DNA of 64,000 bases from Bacteroidota bacterium (GCA_019638695.1 JAHBTG010000001.1:84123-148122), one strand, 5' to 3'. Positions 20,653-30,558 are shown, counted from the first letter of the stretch. Notes: generated from the letters alone by a model not told the origin. Numbers and translations are program-made.

Positions 20653-21396
20653 ATGCAAAAGCTCATTCTCCTACTACTCTGCTGCCTTCCCTGGTCGCTC
20701 AATGCCCAGCGGATAGACTTTTGCGCCAATTATGAAGCGGACGGCGCACCCATTGGAGAGGCCACCGAGTGGCTCATCGGCAAGGACGGCAGCAACCTGT
20801 ATATCCTTTTCCGCGGCAACGGCAAAGTGGCCGAAGGAGCACGCCTCAATTTTCAGCTGCGCAGCCAGGATGGCAAGGTGGACAGCCGCATTCCCATGGA
20901 GTACAGCAGCAAGGACGGCTTTGTGGTGGTAGACTATTTCTTTGATACCCCCGGCACCTTCACCGCCACCATGCGCAATGATGCAGGGGAACAACTGGCT
21001 ACGGCCACATTGGTCATGAAACAACAGGCAACCCTTACAGCAGCTTCCACTACAGACTATGCACAGGCTAAGGTGGGTTTTGCCGAGCAGGTGACCGGAG
21101 GTCAGGCCATAGGCGTAGCCCAGGTGTTCGGCATAGGCAGGGACGGCGGCAGCATACAGGTATTTATCTCCAACCCCACCCCTTTTTATACTGATCAACT
21201 GCTGGTAGACATATGGGCCAAGGAGGGCAATACTTTCAGCCGGTTTATGGAAAGCCTTACCCTAGATATTGATCCGGAGTCCGGCTTTGTCTTTTTCCCC
21301 TACGAATTTACGGAGGCCGGGCTTTATCGCTTCAGTTTCTTTACCAAAGGAGAGACCTTCATCCAGCACGGCTATATCAAAACGATAATAGAATAA
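20653..21396 (+). CDS. Secreted hypothetical protein with internal two-domain duplication
   Basis: Signal peptide MQKLILLLLCCLPWSLNAQ. The two halves end in similar strands (GFVVVDYFFDTPGTFTATM and GFVFFPYEFTEAGLYRFSF). Confidence 0.7.
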   Translation: MQKLILLLLCCLPWSLNAQRIDFCANYEADGAPIGEATEWLIGKDGSNLYILFRGNGKVAEGARLNFQLRSQDGKVDSRIPMEYSSKDGFVVVDYFFDTPGTFTATMRNDAGEQLATATLVMKQQATLTAASTTDYAQAKVGFAEQVTGGQAIGVAQVFGIGRDGGSIQVFISNPTPFYTDQLLVDIWAKEGNTFSRFMESLTLDIDPESGFVFFPYEFTEAGLYRFSFFTKGETFIQHGYIKTIIE

Positions 21397-21397
21397 G

Positions 21398-21811
21398 GTG
21401 AAGGGCCTACTGTTCGCTCTGCTGCTATCTGCATCTGTGCCGGCCCTGGCCCAGCCAACCCTCACCAGCCAGGAACTTACCGGCACCTACCGGCTAGATA
21501 CCGGGGCCGATACTACCGGCGGTCCACTGGTTCCTATGGTGCTAACTCTGTGGCAGGCTGAAGCCCTGGGGCCTAATGACCTGGTGGCCAACCTGTCCCT
21601 GAAAGCAGAGGGCGAACCGGAATGGCAATCGTCCGGAGACATCCGGGTAAGCTATGACCCGCTGCTGCAACAACTGGATCTGCGCATGGGAGACCGCTAT
21701 TATCGTTTTTACCAGGCCACCCGGCAGGCAGACGGCAACCTGACGCTCCGGCGCCTGTCAAACCGCAGCTCTCCGCACCCGCATTTTGTCAAAGTGGGTC
21801 CGGAAGAATAA
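21398..21811 (+). CDS. Secreted hypothetical protein
   Basis: GTG start 1 nt after the upstream stop. Signal peptide MKGLLFALLLSASVPALAQ. Confidence 0.6.
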   Translation: MKGLLFALLLSASVPALAQPTLTSQELTGTYRLDTGADTTGGPLVPMVLTLWQAEALGPNDLVANLSLKAEGEPEWQSSGDIRVSYDPLLQQLDLRMGDRYYRFYQATRQADGNLTLRRLSNRSSPHPHFVKVGPEE

Positions 21812-21884
21812 GCTGCTCCACAACCCTGTTCTGCAGGAAATACTCTCGTATTGTGATGTATCTTGCACTTCAAACCTCTAAGCC

Positions 21885-22211
21885 ATGAATATTCAGGACT
21901 TATTTGGCAAAATGCAGCTGCTGCAGCAGCAAGTGGAAGAAGCCCGCAAGAAGCTGGGAGAATTGCGGGTAGAAGCCGAAGCCGGCGGCGGCATGGTGCG
22001 CGTAACCGCCAGCGGCGCCCGCCAGATACTCAAGATCAAACTGGATGACGAGGTGCTGCAAGACCGGGAAATGATGGAAGACCTTATCTGTGCGGCCGTC
22101 AACAAAGCGCTGGACCAGGCAGACCAACTGGCCAGGGAAGAGATGGCGAGAGCCACCAGCGGGCTGATGCCCAATATGCCCGGCATGGACCTCTCCCGCT
22201 TCGGACTATAA
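21885..22211 (+). CDS. ybaB: Nucleoid-associated protein YbaB/EbfC
   Basis: 108 aa with MNIQDLFGKMQLLQQQVEEARKKL...GGGMVRVTASGARQILKIKLD, typical of the YbaB family. Confidence 0.9.
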   Translation: MNIQDLFGKMQLLQQQVEEARKKLGELRVEAEAGGGMVRVTASGARQILKIKLDDEVLQDREMMEDLICAAVNKALDQADQLAREEMARATSGLMPNMPGMDLSRFGL

Positions 22212-22219
22212 GGCCCCGG

Positions 22220-23257
22220 ATGGGAATGGAGGCCCCTGCTGTTACGCTGGTGATCGTCAACTGGAACGGCAAGCACCACCTGGAGCGGTTCCTGCCCTCC
22301 GTGGCAGCCACGGACTATCCCTCGCTGGAAATCCTGGTGCTGGACAATGCCAGCACAGATGACTCCTGTGACTTCCTGGAAACCCATTACCCCGATATAC
22401 GGCTGGTGCGCAACTCGCATAATGACGGGTTTGCCCGCGGCAATAACATTGCCTTGCAGCATGTGCATACTCCCCTCGCGCTATTACTCAACTCAGACGT
22501 TGAGGTCACTCCCGGATGGCTGCACCCGCTGGTGGCGCGTCTGCAGACAGATGCCCGCATAGCCGCCGTGCAACCTAAGGTCCGCGCCCTGTATCAGCCG
22601 CACCTGCTGGAATATGCCGGCGGTGCAGGTGGGTGGATAGATACCCTGGGATTCCCCTTCTGCCGGGGGCGGGTATTTGAGGAGCTGGAACCCGATAACG
22701 GTCAGTATGACGATGCACAGCCTGTTTTCTGGACTACCGGGGCCTGCATGCTGCTGCGTATGGAAGCGGTACAAGACCTGGGCTATCTATTCGACGAGGC
22801 CTACTTTGCCCATATGGAAGAAATAGACTTTTGCTGGCGGGCACAGAACCGGGACTGGCAGCTATGGGTAGAACCGGCCTCCGTGGTCTATCACCTGGGA
22901 GGGGGCACCCTGCCCAAGCAACACCCCCGCAAAACGTACTACAATGTGCGCAACAGCCTGATGACGCTGGTCAAGAACCTGCCGGCCGGGGCTGCACTGC
23001 GCACTGTACTCATCCGCCTGCCGCTGGATGGCGCAGCCGCCATGATGGAACTAGCTACCAAAGGCAACTGGCGGTTCGTATGGGCGGTGCTGCGGGCGCA
23101 CTTTGCCTTTTACCGCCGCATTCCTTATTGCCTGCGGCAACGGCGCGGGCAGAAGCGCAAGCCCCTGCGGGCACTGCAAGGCGTATATCCTCATTGGCTG
23201 GTCTGGCAATATTTTGCCCGGAAAAAACGTACCTTCAGTACATTATTGGCTTACTGA
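22220..23257 (+). CDS. Glycosyltransferase family 2
   Basis: VTLVIVNWNGKHHLERFLPSV...VLDNASTDDS...; GT-A fold with a DxD-type region. Confidence 0.85.
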   Translation: MGMEAPAVTLVIVNWNGKHHLERFLPSVAATDYPSLEILVLDNASTDDSCDFLETHYPDIRLVRNSHNDGFARGNNIALQHVHTPLALLLNSDVEVTPGWLHPLVARLQTDARIAAVQPKVRALYQPHLLEYAGGAGGWIDTLGFPFCRGRVFEELEPDNGQYDDAQPVFWTTGACMLLRMEAVQDLGYLFDEAYFAHMEEIDFCWRAQNRDWQLWVEPASVVYHLGGGTLPKQHPRKTYYNVRNSLMTLVKNLPAGAALRTVLIRLPLDGAAAMMELATKGNWRFVWAVLRAHFAFYRRIPYCLRQRRGQKRKPLRALQGVYPHWLVWQYFARKKRTFSTLLAY

Positions 23258-23266
23258 ATCTTTCTC

Positions 23267-23626
23267 ATGTTACATAACCTGGACAGCATTCGCGCATTTT
23301 GCCTGGCCCTGCCCCATACCACCGAGGACTTTCCCTTTGGAGAAGACACGCTGGTCTTCCGGGTAGGGGGCAAGATCTACGCATTGCTGGGCACAGATGC
23401 ACGGCCATTGTCCATCAACCTGAAATGCGACCCCGACCGGGCACAGGAGCTGCGGGCGCGCCACCCGGCCGTTCTCCCCGGCTATCACATGAATAAGAAG
23501 CACTGGAATACGGTCATACTGGACGGCAGCCTGCCCACCAGCCTGGTGGCCGAGCTGATCACGCACAGCCGGGAGCTGGTGGCCGCATCCCTCTCCCGCA
23601 AAGAACGGGAAGCCCTGGGCCTATGA
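23267..23626 (+). CDS. MmcQ/YjbR family DNA-binding protein
   Basis: 119 aa with IRAFCLALPHTTEDFPFGEDTLVFRVGGKIYALL...HMNKKHWNTV. Confidence 0.85.
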   Translation: MLHNLDSIRAFCLALPHTTEDFPFGEDTLVFRVGGKIYALLGTDARPLSINLKCDPDRAQELRARHPAVLPGYHMNKKHWNTVILDGSLPTSLVAELITHSRELVAASLSRKEREALGL

Positions 23627-24090
23627 TTCCCCTGCAGCCTTTCCTGGACAAGGCCCGCCGGTGGTGCAGCCTGCAGGAGCGGTCTGCCCTGCAAGTGCTC
23701 ACCCGACTGCAAAAGGAAGGCTGTCCGTTACCACAAGCCACGGAGATACTGGACATACTACAGCAGGAAGGCTTTCAGGATGACGCGCGACTGGCCCAGG
23801 TATATGCCCGCAGCAAAGCGGTACATAGTGCATGGGGCCTGGCCAAGATACGCCAGGCGCTACAGCTGATGGGAGTACAGGACGGCCCTATTGCAGAGGC
23901 GCTGGCACAGATAGATGCCGATGCGGCGCTGGCCCGCCTGGATAAAACGCTGCTGCAAAAATGGGATCGCCTGCAGGGCGAAACGGACCCCAGGCAGCGC
24001 AAAGCCAAACTGGTGCGCTTTCTGCAGCAAAAAGGCTATAGCCTCTCCCAGATATTCGCCGCTATAGCGCGCCTGAAACTTGACACTTAA
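23623..24090 (+). CDS. recX: Recombination regulator RecX
   Basis: 155 aa of three-helix repeats: CSLQERSALQVLTRLQKEG..., DDARLAQVYARSKAVHSAWGLAKIRQALQLMGV, and KAKLVRFLQQKGYSLSQI. ATGA overlap with yjbR. Confidence 0.8.
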   Translation: MIPLQPFLDKARRWCSLQERSALQVLTRLQKEGCPLPQATEILDILQQEGFQDDARLAQVYARSKAVHSAWGLAKIRQALQLMGVQDGPIAEALAQIDADAALARLDKTLLQKWDRLQGETDPRQRKAKLVRFLQQKGYSLSQIFAAIARLKLDT

Positions 24091-24217
24091 TAAAGCCAGG
24101 CTTTTGCAAGTGTCATAGCAAGGATAGGGCAGTTTTTTTAGAAGAATTACTGAATTTTCCTGCGGGTATTTACTTAAATATAATTGCCCAATCCCGGGCG
24201 CATACCGGCACAGCTTT

Positions 24218-24991
24218 CTACCTATAACGACAGATGCTTGCCAAAGAATGACTTAGCTCACCAGTCTCTGTCTGCAGGATGCCTGCAGGCACAAGTGCAT
24301 CTATGCGCACCCTATGGCTGGCATGGAGAATGGTATTCATGTCCGGCAGGATCATGCCTACATGGATAATCCGGCCCTCTGCAGTGCCAAAGAAAGCGAG
24401 ATCAAAGGGCTTGCGTGCTTCAAAAGAGACAGGGTGTCCGCCTGCCTCAGCCTGTTGCCAGGCATCCCGCGGCAGGGCATACCCTACGCAACGATACAAT
24501 ATCTGCATCAACCCCGAGCAATCTATACCGGCATAGGTGCGCCCTCCCCACAGGTAGGGGGTATTGAGGAATGTATTCCCCAGCAGAGGCAATGCCGTCA
24601 CAGGCAAGGGGGTACCAAATACGTCCGGCGTCCATTGATACACATGAGGCCCCAGCGATAAGGACCCTTCCCTGGCCACGGCCTCCGGCAGGCAACTACC
24701 GGCATATACTGCTTGTGCAGCCTGTAACGGGCCAGTCTGACGGCGCACAGGTTGCAGCGGCTGAGTTGCACAGGCATAGGGTCCTGCACCGGGCCAGTCT
24801 GACGGCGCAGGGGCCAGCATGGCGGCCGGCACCCAGCCGGTGTATCCATCCAGGCGGCTTTGCACCTGCATCCATTCTCCCTGCTCCTGCAACCCGGCCA
24901 CCGGCTCAAACAGCAAGAGCTGAGACGTCTGTTCCGAACGGTGGGACGCCTCAGCTCTTAAGGGAATTATACTTTCCGTAGCAAGGTACAT
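24218..24991 (-). CDS. C40 family peptidase (NlpC/P60) with N-terminal SH3-like domain
   Basis: Catalytic Cys region YLWGGRTYAGIDCSGLMQILY and His region GRIIHVGMIL. N-terminal SH3b-like segment WMQVQSRLDGYTGWV. Confidence 0.85.
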   Translation of the reverse strand: MYLATESIIPLRAEASHRSEQTSQLLLFEPVAGLQEQGEWMQVQSRLDGYTGWVPAAMLAPAPSDWPGAGPYACATQPLQPVRRQTGPLQAAQAVYAGSCLPEAVAREGSLSLGPHVYQWTPDVFGTPLPVTALPLLGNTFLNTPYLWGGRTYAGIDCSGLMQILYRCVGYALPRDAWQQAEAGGHPVSFEARKPFDLAFFGTAEGRIIHVGMILPDMNTILHASHRVRIDALVPAGILQTETGELSHSLASICRYR

Positions 24992-25028
24992 AACTGCAAA
25001 TGTACCTTATTCCACCAATGGAAACTGC

Positions 25029-25856
25029 CTAACGCAGGGGGACATCTGCCGAGAAGCCGGCAACAGATACCCGTGCCGTCTTGCCCAGCTCGCAGCCATT
25101 GCCATAATCCACACGGATGGTCTCTGCATCCTGGGGCATCACATCCAGAATACCGGAGAAGATATAGCGGCAGTTGAGCTTGATGGTAAGCGGCGTAATA
25201 GTGACCATGCTATAGGTGCGCCCGGCACGGGTGAGCCCATTGGCAGTGCCGGTTACCGTATAAACATCGTCATAAATATCCAGTGGAGTAGATTTTCCCT
25301 CGGTCCAGGTGCGGGTACGGTTGCTTTGCCAGAAGATGGTACCACTATTATCTGCCAGCGTAATGGTATCCCATTCTGCTACGGTGAACGTCTCCTGGTC
25401 CTGGTCATTTTCGCCTTCGTTGGTCACTACACGACGGATCTTGTGCCAATGGTTATTTACGTAATAATCCTTAGTGGTTGTGGTGATGACAGTGCCCGTG
25501 GCGCTATAGTCCCCCGTCCAGTCCACATATACCCAGCCTTTGCGGGTGCGGCCGTCATTGCACAGGATACCTGAGGTACCAAAGTTGATACTGAGCTTGG
25601 GAGACGCCTGAAGATCCAGCGTACCGGTTACACCATTGGGCAGGCTCCAGAGAATACCCTGGCTGGTCTTGGCCTGGCTGTTTTCAATCTGCTCACGGGA
25701 GATATTGTTCACGTTACTGACCTCCCCCTCTGCCATAGCATGATCTTCGGCAAAAGAGACGTCTACGGACTTGGGTTTTTCATCGTCCTTTTTACAAGCG
25801 ACCAGGAGTGTCAGTACTCCTGCGAAAAGCACTAGAGAAATCAAGGGTTTCTTCAT
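25029..25856 (-). CDS. Hypothetical lipoprotein
   Basis: Lipobox leader MKKPLISLVLFAGVLTLLVACKKDDE. No recognisable catalytic motifs. Confidence 0.7.
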   Translation of the reverse strand: MKKPLISLVLFAGVLTLLVACKKDDEKPKSVDVSFAEDHAMAEGEVSNVNNISREQIENSQAKTSQGILWSLPNGVTGTLDLQASPKLSINFGTSGILCNDGRTRKGWVYVDWTGDYSATGTVITTTTKDYYVNNHWHKIRRVVTNEGENDQDQETFTVAEWDTITLADNSGTIFWQSNRTRTWTEGKSTPLDIYDDVYTVTGTANGLTRAGRTYSMVTITPLTIKLNCRYIFSGILDVMPQDAETIRVDYGNGCELGKTARVSVAGFSADVPLR

Positions 25857-25945
25857 GGGTCAAAAAATTTTAGCTAATCAGGTCAAATTTCATACCAAAA
25901 ACTACGTAATCCGAAAAAATGCTCCGAAAAGGCGAAAAACAAGGA

Positions 25946-26839
25946 TCAATGGTCAATCCTGCCACTTTCTGCACGCAAGGTCTTGTCTACAATCAGCATC
26001 AGCGGAAGCGGCTTGCCCGCCATCTCTACCGCTACCTGCGCCCTGAACTGCTGGCGCAGGTATACTTTGGGCGGGCGGTGCCCCAGGCTGTCTGGCCAGG
26101 CAGTACCCCGGGTGGTACCTGCAAGCTTATGCACCTGCATGCGGGAAACCCCCATAAGAACAGCTCTTTGGTGGGGGTGCAGGGAAAGCGCTCCCGTCAT
26201 CTGCAGGCTGTCCGGCGTATGACGCCATTCCTGCTGCACCTGCATGGGAATATTCTGCCGGGTCAGGAATGTAGCCTTCCAGCTGTTATCGTTGCTATGG
26301 GCAGGCAAGGGCACCCACACCTGCTGCAAAAGTTCCTCCAGAGCTTGCGCGCCCAAACGGGCATCCGCTTCCTGCGCATGGTCCCGGGCGCCGGTGACCT
26401 GCCGCACCTGTAACCGGCCGCCACGAGCATCGCATTGGATACGGAAGGTTGCGGCCAGTAACGGATGATACAGGCGCCCCAGCTGGCTATTCCAGCTCAC
26501 GGAATCCCGGCTGTCTATGGTCTTGGCATCGTCCCCGGCATATTGCACGATGCGCAGGCGGGTATAGTGTGCCCGCAGGACCCGTTGTTCCCCGGGCAAA
26601 AGGCTGTCCACTTGTACCTGCAGCCATAATTCCAGGTGCTGGTTCACTTCGGCCGGCACCTCGTTCAGCACGGTGGTAATGTGCTGGTCGGAAACGATAT
26701 GCTGCGTCCATGCCTGGCCCGGGGTCCAGTGATAACGCAGGGACTTCTCAGCGGAACCCGGGGAGGCCGTGCAGGCAACGAGTAAACACAAACTCCACAA
26801 GGGCAGCCTGTACAGGGAAGATCCATACCGGTGTTTCAT
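25946..26839 (-). CDS. Hypothetical lipoprotein/secreted protein
   Basis: Start set at MKHRYGSS (ATG 26839), which forms an ATGA overlap with the pyrD stop. Leader LPLWSLCLLVACTASPGS. Confidence 0.65.
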   Translation of the reverse strand: MKHRYGSSLYRLPLWSLCLLVACTASPGSAEKSLRYHWTPGQAWTQHIVSDQHITTVLNEVPAEVNQHLELWLQVQVDSLLPGEQRVLRAHYTRLRIVQYAGDDAKTIDSRDSVSWNSQLGRLYHPLLAATFRIQCDARGGRLQVRQVTGARDHAQEADARLGAQALEELLQQVWVPLPAHSNDNSWKATFLTRQNIPMQVQQEWRHTPDSLQMTGALSLHPHQRAVLMGVSRMQVHKLAGTTRGTAWPDSLGHRPPKVYLRQQFRAQVAVEMAGKPLPLMLIVDKTLRAESGRIDH

Positions 26840-27825
26840 AACTGACGCAGACATTCTGTAAGCAAAGCAGGGCCACGGTAAATAAACCCGGTATATACCT
26901 GGACCAGGCGGGCACCCGCTTCCAGCTTTTCCCTGGCGGCGGCGGCGCTATCTATCCCCCCAACTGCTATAACGTTCACGCCTTGCCCGGCCAGGTAACG
27001 AACGACCTCCGTGCTACGCGCGCGTACCGGTGCCCCGCTCAGTCCCCCGGCACCCATCTCTTCCACGCGATGGGCAGGGGTTTGCAGGCCGGCACGGGAA
27101 AGCGTGGTATTGGTAGCCACCACACCGGCAATACCGGTCTGTTGCACAATCTGCACAATATCTGCCAGTTGGGCAGGTTCCAGGTCCGGGGCTATCTTAA
27201 GCAGAAGAGGTTTGGCCATATGATTGACATCCTGCAAAGCGGAGAGGATGGCCAGCAGGGCGTCCTTACCCTGCAGCTCGCGCAAACCGGGTGTATTGGG
27301 ACTGCTCACATTCACCACAAAATAATCTGCCAGCGGCAATAGCCTGCGGAAGCAGATGAGGTAATCGTGCACAGCTTCTTCATTAGGCGTATCCTTATTC
27401 TTGCCGATATTGGCGCCCACCAGGAATCCGGACGGGCGGCGCTCCAGGCGGCGGGCCATGGCCTCCACACCGGCATTGTTAAAGCCCATGCGGTTGATCA
27501 GCGCACGGTCAGGCGGCAGACGAAAAAGACGTGGGCGGGGGTTACCCTCCTGCGGACGGGGGGTTACGGTGCCCACTTCTGCAAAGCTGAAGCCCAGGCG
27601 CTGCCATACGTGCAATAATTCGGCATTCTTGTCCAGCCCGGCGGCCAGGCCCACGGGGTGAGGGAATTTCAGTCCAAAGGTCTCACTGGCCAGATGCGCG
27701 CCCGGACGCGGCGCCGCTGAGATTCCGGCCAGATTTCCTAATGGGCTCCTGAGCACGCCAAAGACGGCGCGGTGCGCGCGTTCTGCATCCATGCAGAACA
27801 AGAGAGGCTTCAGCAGGCTATACAC
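26836..27825 (-). CDS. pyrD: Dihydroorotate dehydrogenase (quinone), class 2
   Basis: 329 aa with GLAAGLDKNAE, GFSFAEVGTVTP, NRMGFNN, NVSSPNTPGLR and GGLSG motifs. Confidence 0.95.
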   Translation of the reverse strand: MYSLLKPLLFCMDAERAHRAVFGVLRSPLGNLAGISAAPRPGAHLASETFGLKFPHPVGLAAGLDKNAELLHVWQRLGFSFAEVGTVTPRPQEGNPRPRLFRLPPDRALINRMGFNNAGVEAMARRLERRPSGFLVGANIGKNKDTPNEEAVHDYLICFRRLLPLADYFVVNVSSPNTPGLRELQGKDALLAILSALQDVNHMAKPLLLKIAPDLEPAQLADIVQIVQQTGIAGVVATNTTLSRAGLQTPAHRVEEMGAGGLSGAPVRARSTEVVRYLAGQGVNVIAVGGIDSAAAAREKLEAGARLVQVYTGFIYRGPALLTECLRQL

Positions 27826-27840
27826 AGGACATTCCCGGAG

Positions 27841-29295
27841 TTATTCGCCCAGCAGTTCTTTGACTTTGGCTTCCAGCGCAGGGCCTCTCAGGTTCTTGGC
27901 CACCACTCTGCCCTCTCTGTCCAGCAGAAAGGTAGAGGGAATGGAGCTTACCCCATAGGCCTTGGCATGTTTACTTTGCCAGAAGCCCAGGTCGCTCACA
28001 TGGTATGGCCAGGCCAGCTGGTCTTTCTCAATAGCCATTTTCCAGGCGTCTTCGGTACGGTCCAGGCTCACGCTGAACACGGTGAAGCCTTTATCCTTGT
28101 ATTTCTCATACACACTGACCACAAAGGGGTTTTCCTTGCGGCAGGGACCGCACCAGCTTGCCCAGAAATCCAGCAGTACCACCTTACCCTTAAGGTCGCT
28201 CAGTTTATAGGTCTTGCCGTCGGCACCCTTCTCTTCTATCTCGGGCACCGGTTTACCAATGCGGATACTGCTACCGATCTGCTTAAGGTTATTTTGCAAC
28301 ATGGGCGTATACTCGCTGTTGGGGTAGGTCTCCACATACAGGGTGGCCAGCTCAAAATAGATATCGCGGAATTCCGGCGTTTGCTGGGCATTCTGGTCCA
28401 CACTGCCATCTATAGCTGCCAGTAGCATCATTTCATGATTACGGGCGCCCTTGGGCGCTTTGGCAAGGTGCTGGTGCATATCATTCAGCAGCTTCTCCGC
28501 ACCATACCCATATTGCACCATGAGTGCGGTAACATAGCTGCGGATGCGCTGATAATACACGGGATAATAGGCCAGTTCGGGGTTCTCAAAAGGTATGTCC
28601 TTGAGAAATTCGCGAACATACCATTCCTCCGGGGTGGCCGGACGAGCGGCCGGGTCAACCGCCTCATAAGGCAGGTAGTAATACAAACCGGAAAGCGTAC
28701 CCAGCTGGTCTTTACGCTGGCGCAGGCCCTGGTAATAGCTGGCCTGGGTCTTATAGAGCGAATCCATCTGCTGGGTGAGGGCCGTTTGCTGCGCCCCCCC
28801 GGCCATGCGGTCTTGCTGTATCTTCTGCCACAGGCCATTGACCTCCTGCTGGTACGTACCCGCCCGCATGAGGAACTCCTTGAGGTCCCGGTTCAGTGCG
28901 CTGCCGGGGAAAGTAGCGCTCACACCCAGTGACTTCTGGGCGTCGGCCTGTATCTCCAGTTTCTTTTCAGCGCCCAGTAACACCATAGCGCCATCTATCT
29001 GCTGTTCGCCCTTAACCAGGCCTACCAGGTACATGCCTTTCTCCGGGATGGTCGCCGTAAAAGAAAAGACGGCCACCTCTCCGTTGCGGGTAAGCGGGGC
29101 TGCTGCCAGGGTTTCATAATTAGACCCCACCGCCTGCATCAGGTAAATGCTGTCCTGGGTGGCGTGGGTAATCTGGCCGCTCAACTGCACGCTGATTTTG
29201 CCCGGCAGGGGAGGATGTGCCTGAGATGAACCGGCACCGCTGCACATGAGCAGCAGGCTGGCAAGGGGTATGGAAAATAAAGTGCGTATACGCAT
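27841..29295 (-). CDS. TlpA-family thiol:disulfide oxidoreductase (thioredoxin fold) with long N-terminal domain
   Basis: Start at MRIRTLFSIPLASLLLMCSG (ATG 29295). C-terminal redoxin domain VVLLDFWASWCGPCRKENP. Confidence 0.85.
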   Translation of the reverse strand: MRIRTLFSIPLASLLLMCSGAGSSQAHPPLPGKISVQLSGQITHATQDSIYLMQAVGSNYETLAAAPLTRNGEVAVFSFTATIPEKGMYLVGLVKGEQQIDGAMVLLGAEKKLEIQADAQKSLGVSATFPGSALNRDLKEFLMRAGTYQQEVNGLWQKIQQDRMAGGAQQTALTQQMDSLYKTQASYYQGLRQRKDQLGTLSGLYYYLPYEAVDPAARPATPEEWYVREFLKDIPFENPELAYYPVYYQRIRSYVTALMVQYGYGAEKLLNDMHQHLAKAPKGARNHEMMLLAAIDGSVDQNAQQTPEFRDIYFELATLYVETYPNSEYTPMLQNNLKQIGSSIRIGKPVPEIEEKGADGKTYKLSDLKGKVVLLDFWASWCGPCRKENPFVVSVYEKYKDKGFTVFSVSLDRTEDAWKMAIEKDQLAWPYHVSDLGFWQSKHAKAYGVSSIPSTFLLDREGRVVAKNLRGPALEAKVKELLGE

Positions 29296-29430
29296 GATCG
29301 TAAGCGGGGGAAATGCTGCCGGACAACCTCCTAAACGGTGCCAGGCGCTGCCTATGCAAAGTAACACGAAAAAGACCAGATATATGTGGCAAACTGCCCT
29401 GATTGTGCGGATTGTCTATCGAAAGGCCGG

Positions 29431-30558
29431 CTATTGCAGCACAACCTTCTCCACCCGGCTGCCCGCGCGCAGGAAGTATACTCCGCGGGGTAACGATGCC
29501 ACCGGGAGGGCAAACATACCAGTGCTCGCCTCGCAGGCCAGCACTTCTCGCCCGGTAGCATCATACAGGCCGATGCGGACATTGGCCGTAGCCGACACGG
29601 TTCCATATACTACTTCGGTAACCGGATTAGGATAGACCCGGAGGGCCGGAAGCTGTGCGCCGTCACGGGCCACCACCTGGTTCAGGGTAATATCGTCTTC
29701 CTCGGTAAGGATGCCTGAGGGGTTACTGCTGCGCCGCAACTGCACATACACGGTCTTGGTACCATTTCCATTACTCAGGGTCCAGTTGATGCGGTTATTG
29801 GCGGGAAATGCCGCCCAGTCTGACCAGGTATTGAAATCATTGCTCAGGCGCATCTCGTCATAATTGGTATTCGGGCGATAGATATACAGGCGCACCTCCG
29901 CAGAAACGGTCTCCAGGCTGTCGTTATTGATTAGCAACGGATAGCTGGCATTCGCCCCGAACACCTGTACCCACAGATGCGCATTGAGCGGTGCCAGCGT
30001 ATTGGGTGTATAGCCCATACCCATCTCCCGGCTGGCGGTATTGCGCATATTCTCGTCATGGGTCGTGCTGTTCTGCAGGCTGGTAAATGCCTGCTGGGCA
30101 GTAGACTGGTTATAGGCAATATTCTCAGACACCGCCAGCCAGCTGGGGTAGAAAGCCCCCACACGGTCAGACATGGTGCAACTGGGTTCACACTCCGGGG
30201 GAGCGCCGGTAATGGCACCCACCACGGCACAAGGGTAGGAGGGATGCGCCACGTAACGGGTAGTAGCCATGTCATTGGCATGGAAACGGGCTGCACGGGC
30301 CAGTTCCGCATTCCAGCGCAGCGGCGGCAGATTATTCTCCAGGCGATATGCATTGGTGCGGTCAAAGAGCTCCCGCTCATTATTTGCATTATGCACCGTC
30401 GGGGTTTCCGTACCTTCAGGACAACCGGCGGCAGCGGTCTTGGCCGCATGTGCCGGGTACACCACCGGATGCGCATCTATAATCAGCTGCGCCTGTAGCG
30501 GCAGGCTCAGGGCACACAGCGCACAGGCATAAGCGCCTATTTTCGTAACAAGGTTCAT
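29431..30558 (-). CDS. CAP/SCP/PR1-like domain protein with T9SS C-terminal sorting domain
   Basis: Signal peptide; CAP motif NAYRLENNLPPLRWNAELARAARFHANDM...HDENM. C-terminal tail RVYPNPVTEVVYG...LPRGVYFLRAGSRVEKVVLQ. Confidence 0.8.
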   Translation of the reverse strand: MNLVTKIGAYACALCALSLPLQAQLIIDAHPVVYPAHAAKTAAAGCPEGTETPTVHNANNERELFDRTNAYRLENNLPPLRWNAELARAARFHANDMATTRYVAHPSYPCAVVGAITGAPPECEPSCTMSDRVGAFYPSWLAVSENIAYNQSTAQQAFTSLQNSTTHDENMRNTASREMGMGYTPNTLAPLNAHLWVQVFGANASYPLLINNDSLETVSAEVRLYIYRPNTNYDEMRLSNDFNTWSDWAAFPANNRINWTLSNGNGTKTVYVQLRRSSNPSGILTEEDDITLNQVVARDGAQLPALRVYPNPVTEVVYGTVSATANVRIGLYDATGREVLACEASTGMFALPVASLPRGVYFLRAGSRVEKVVLQ

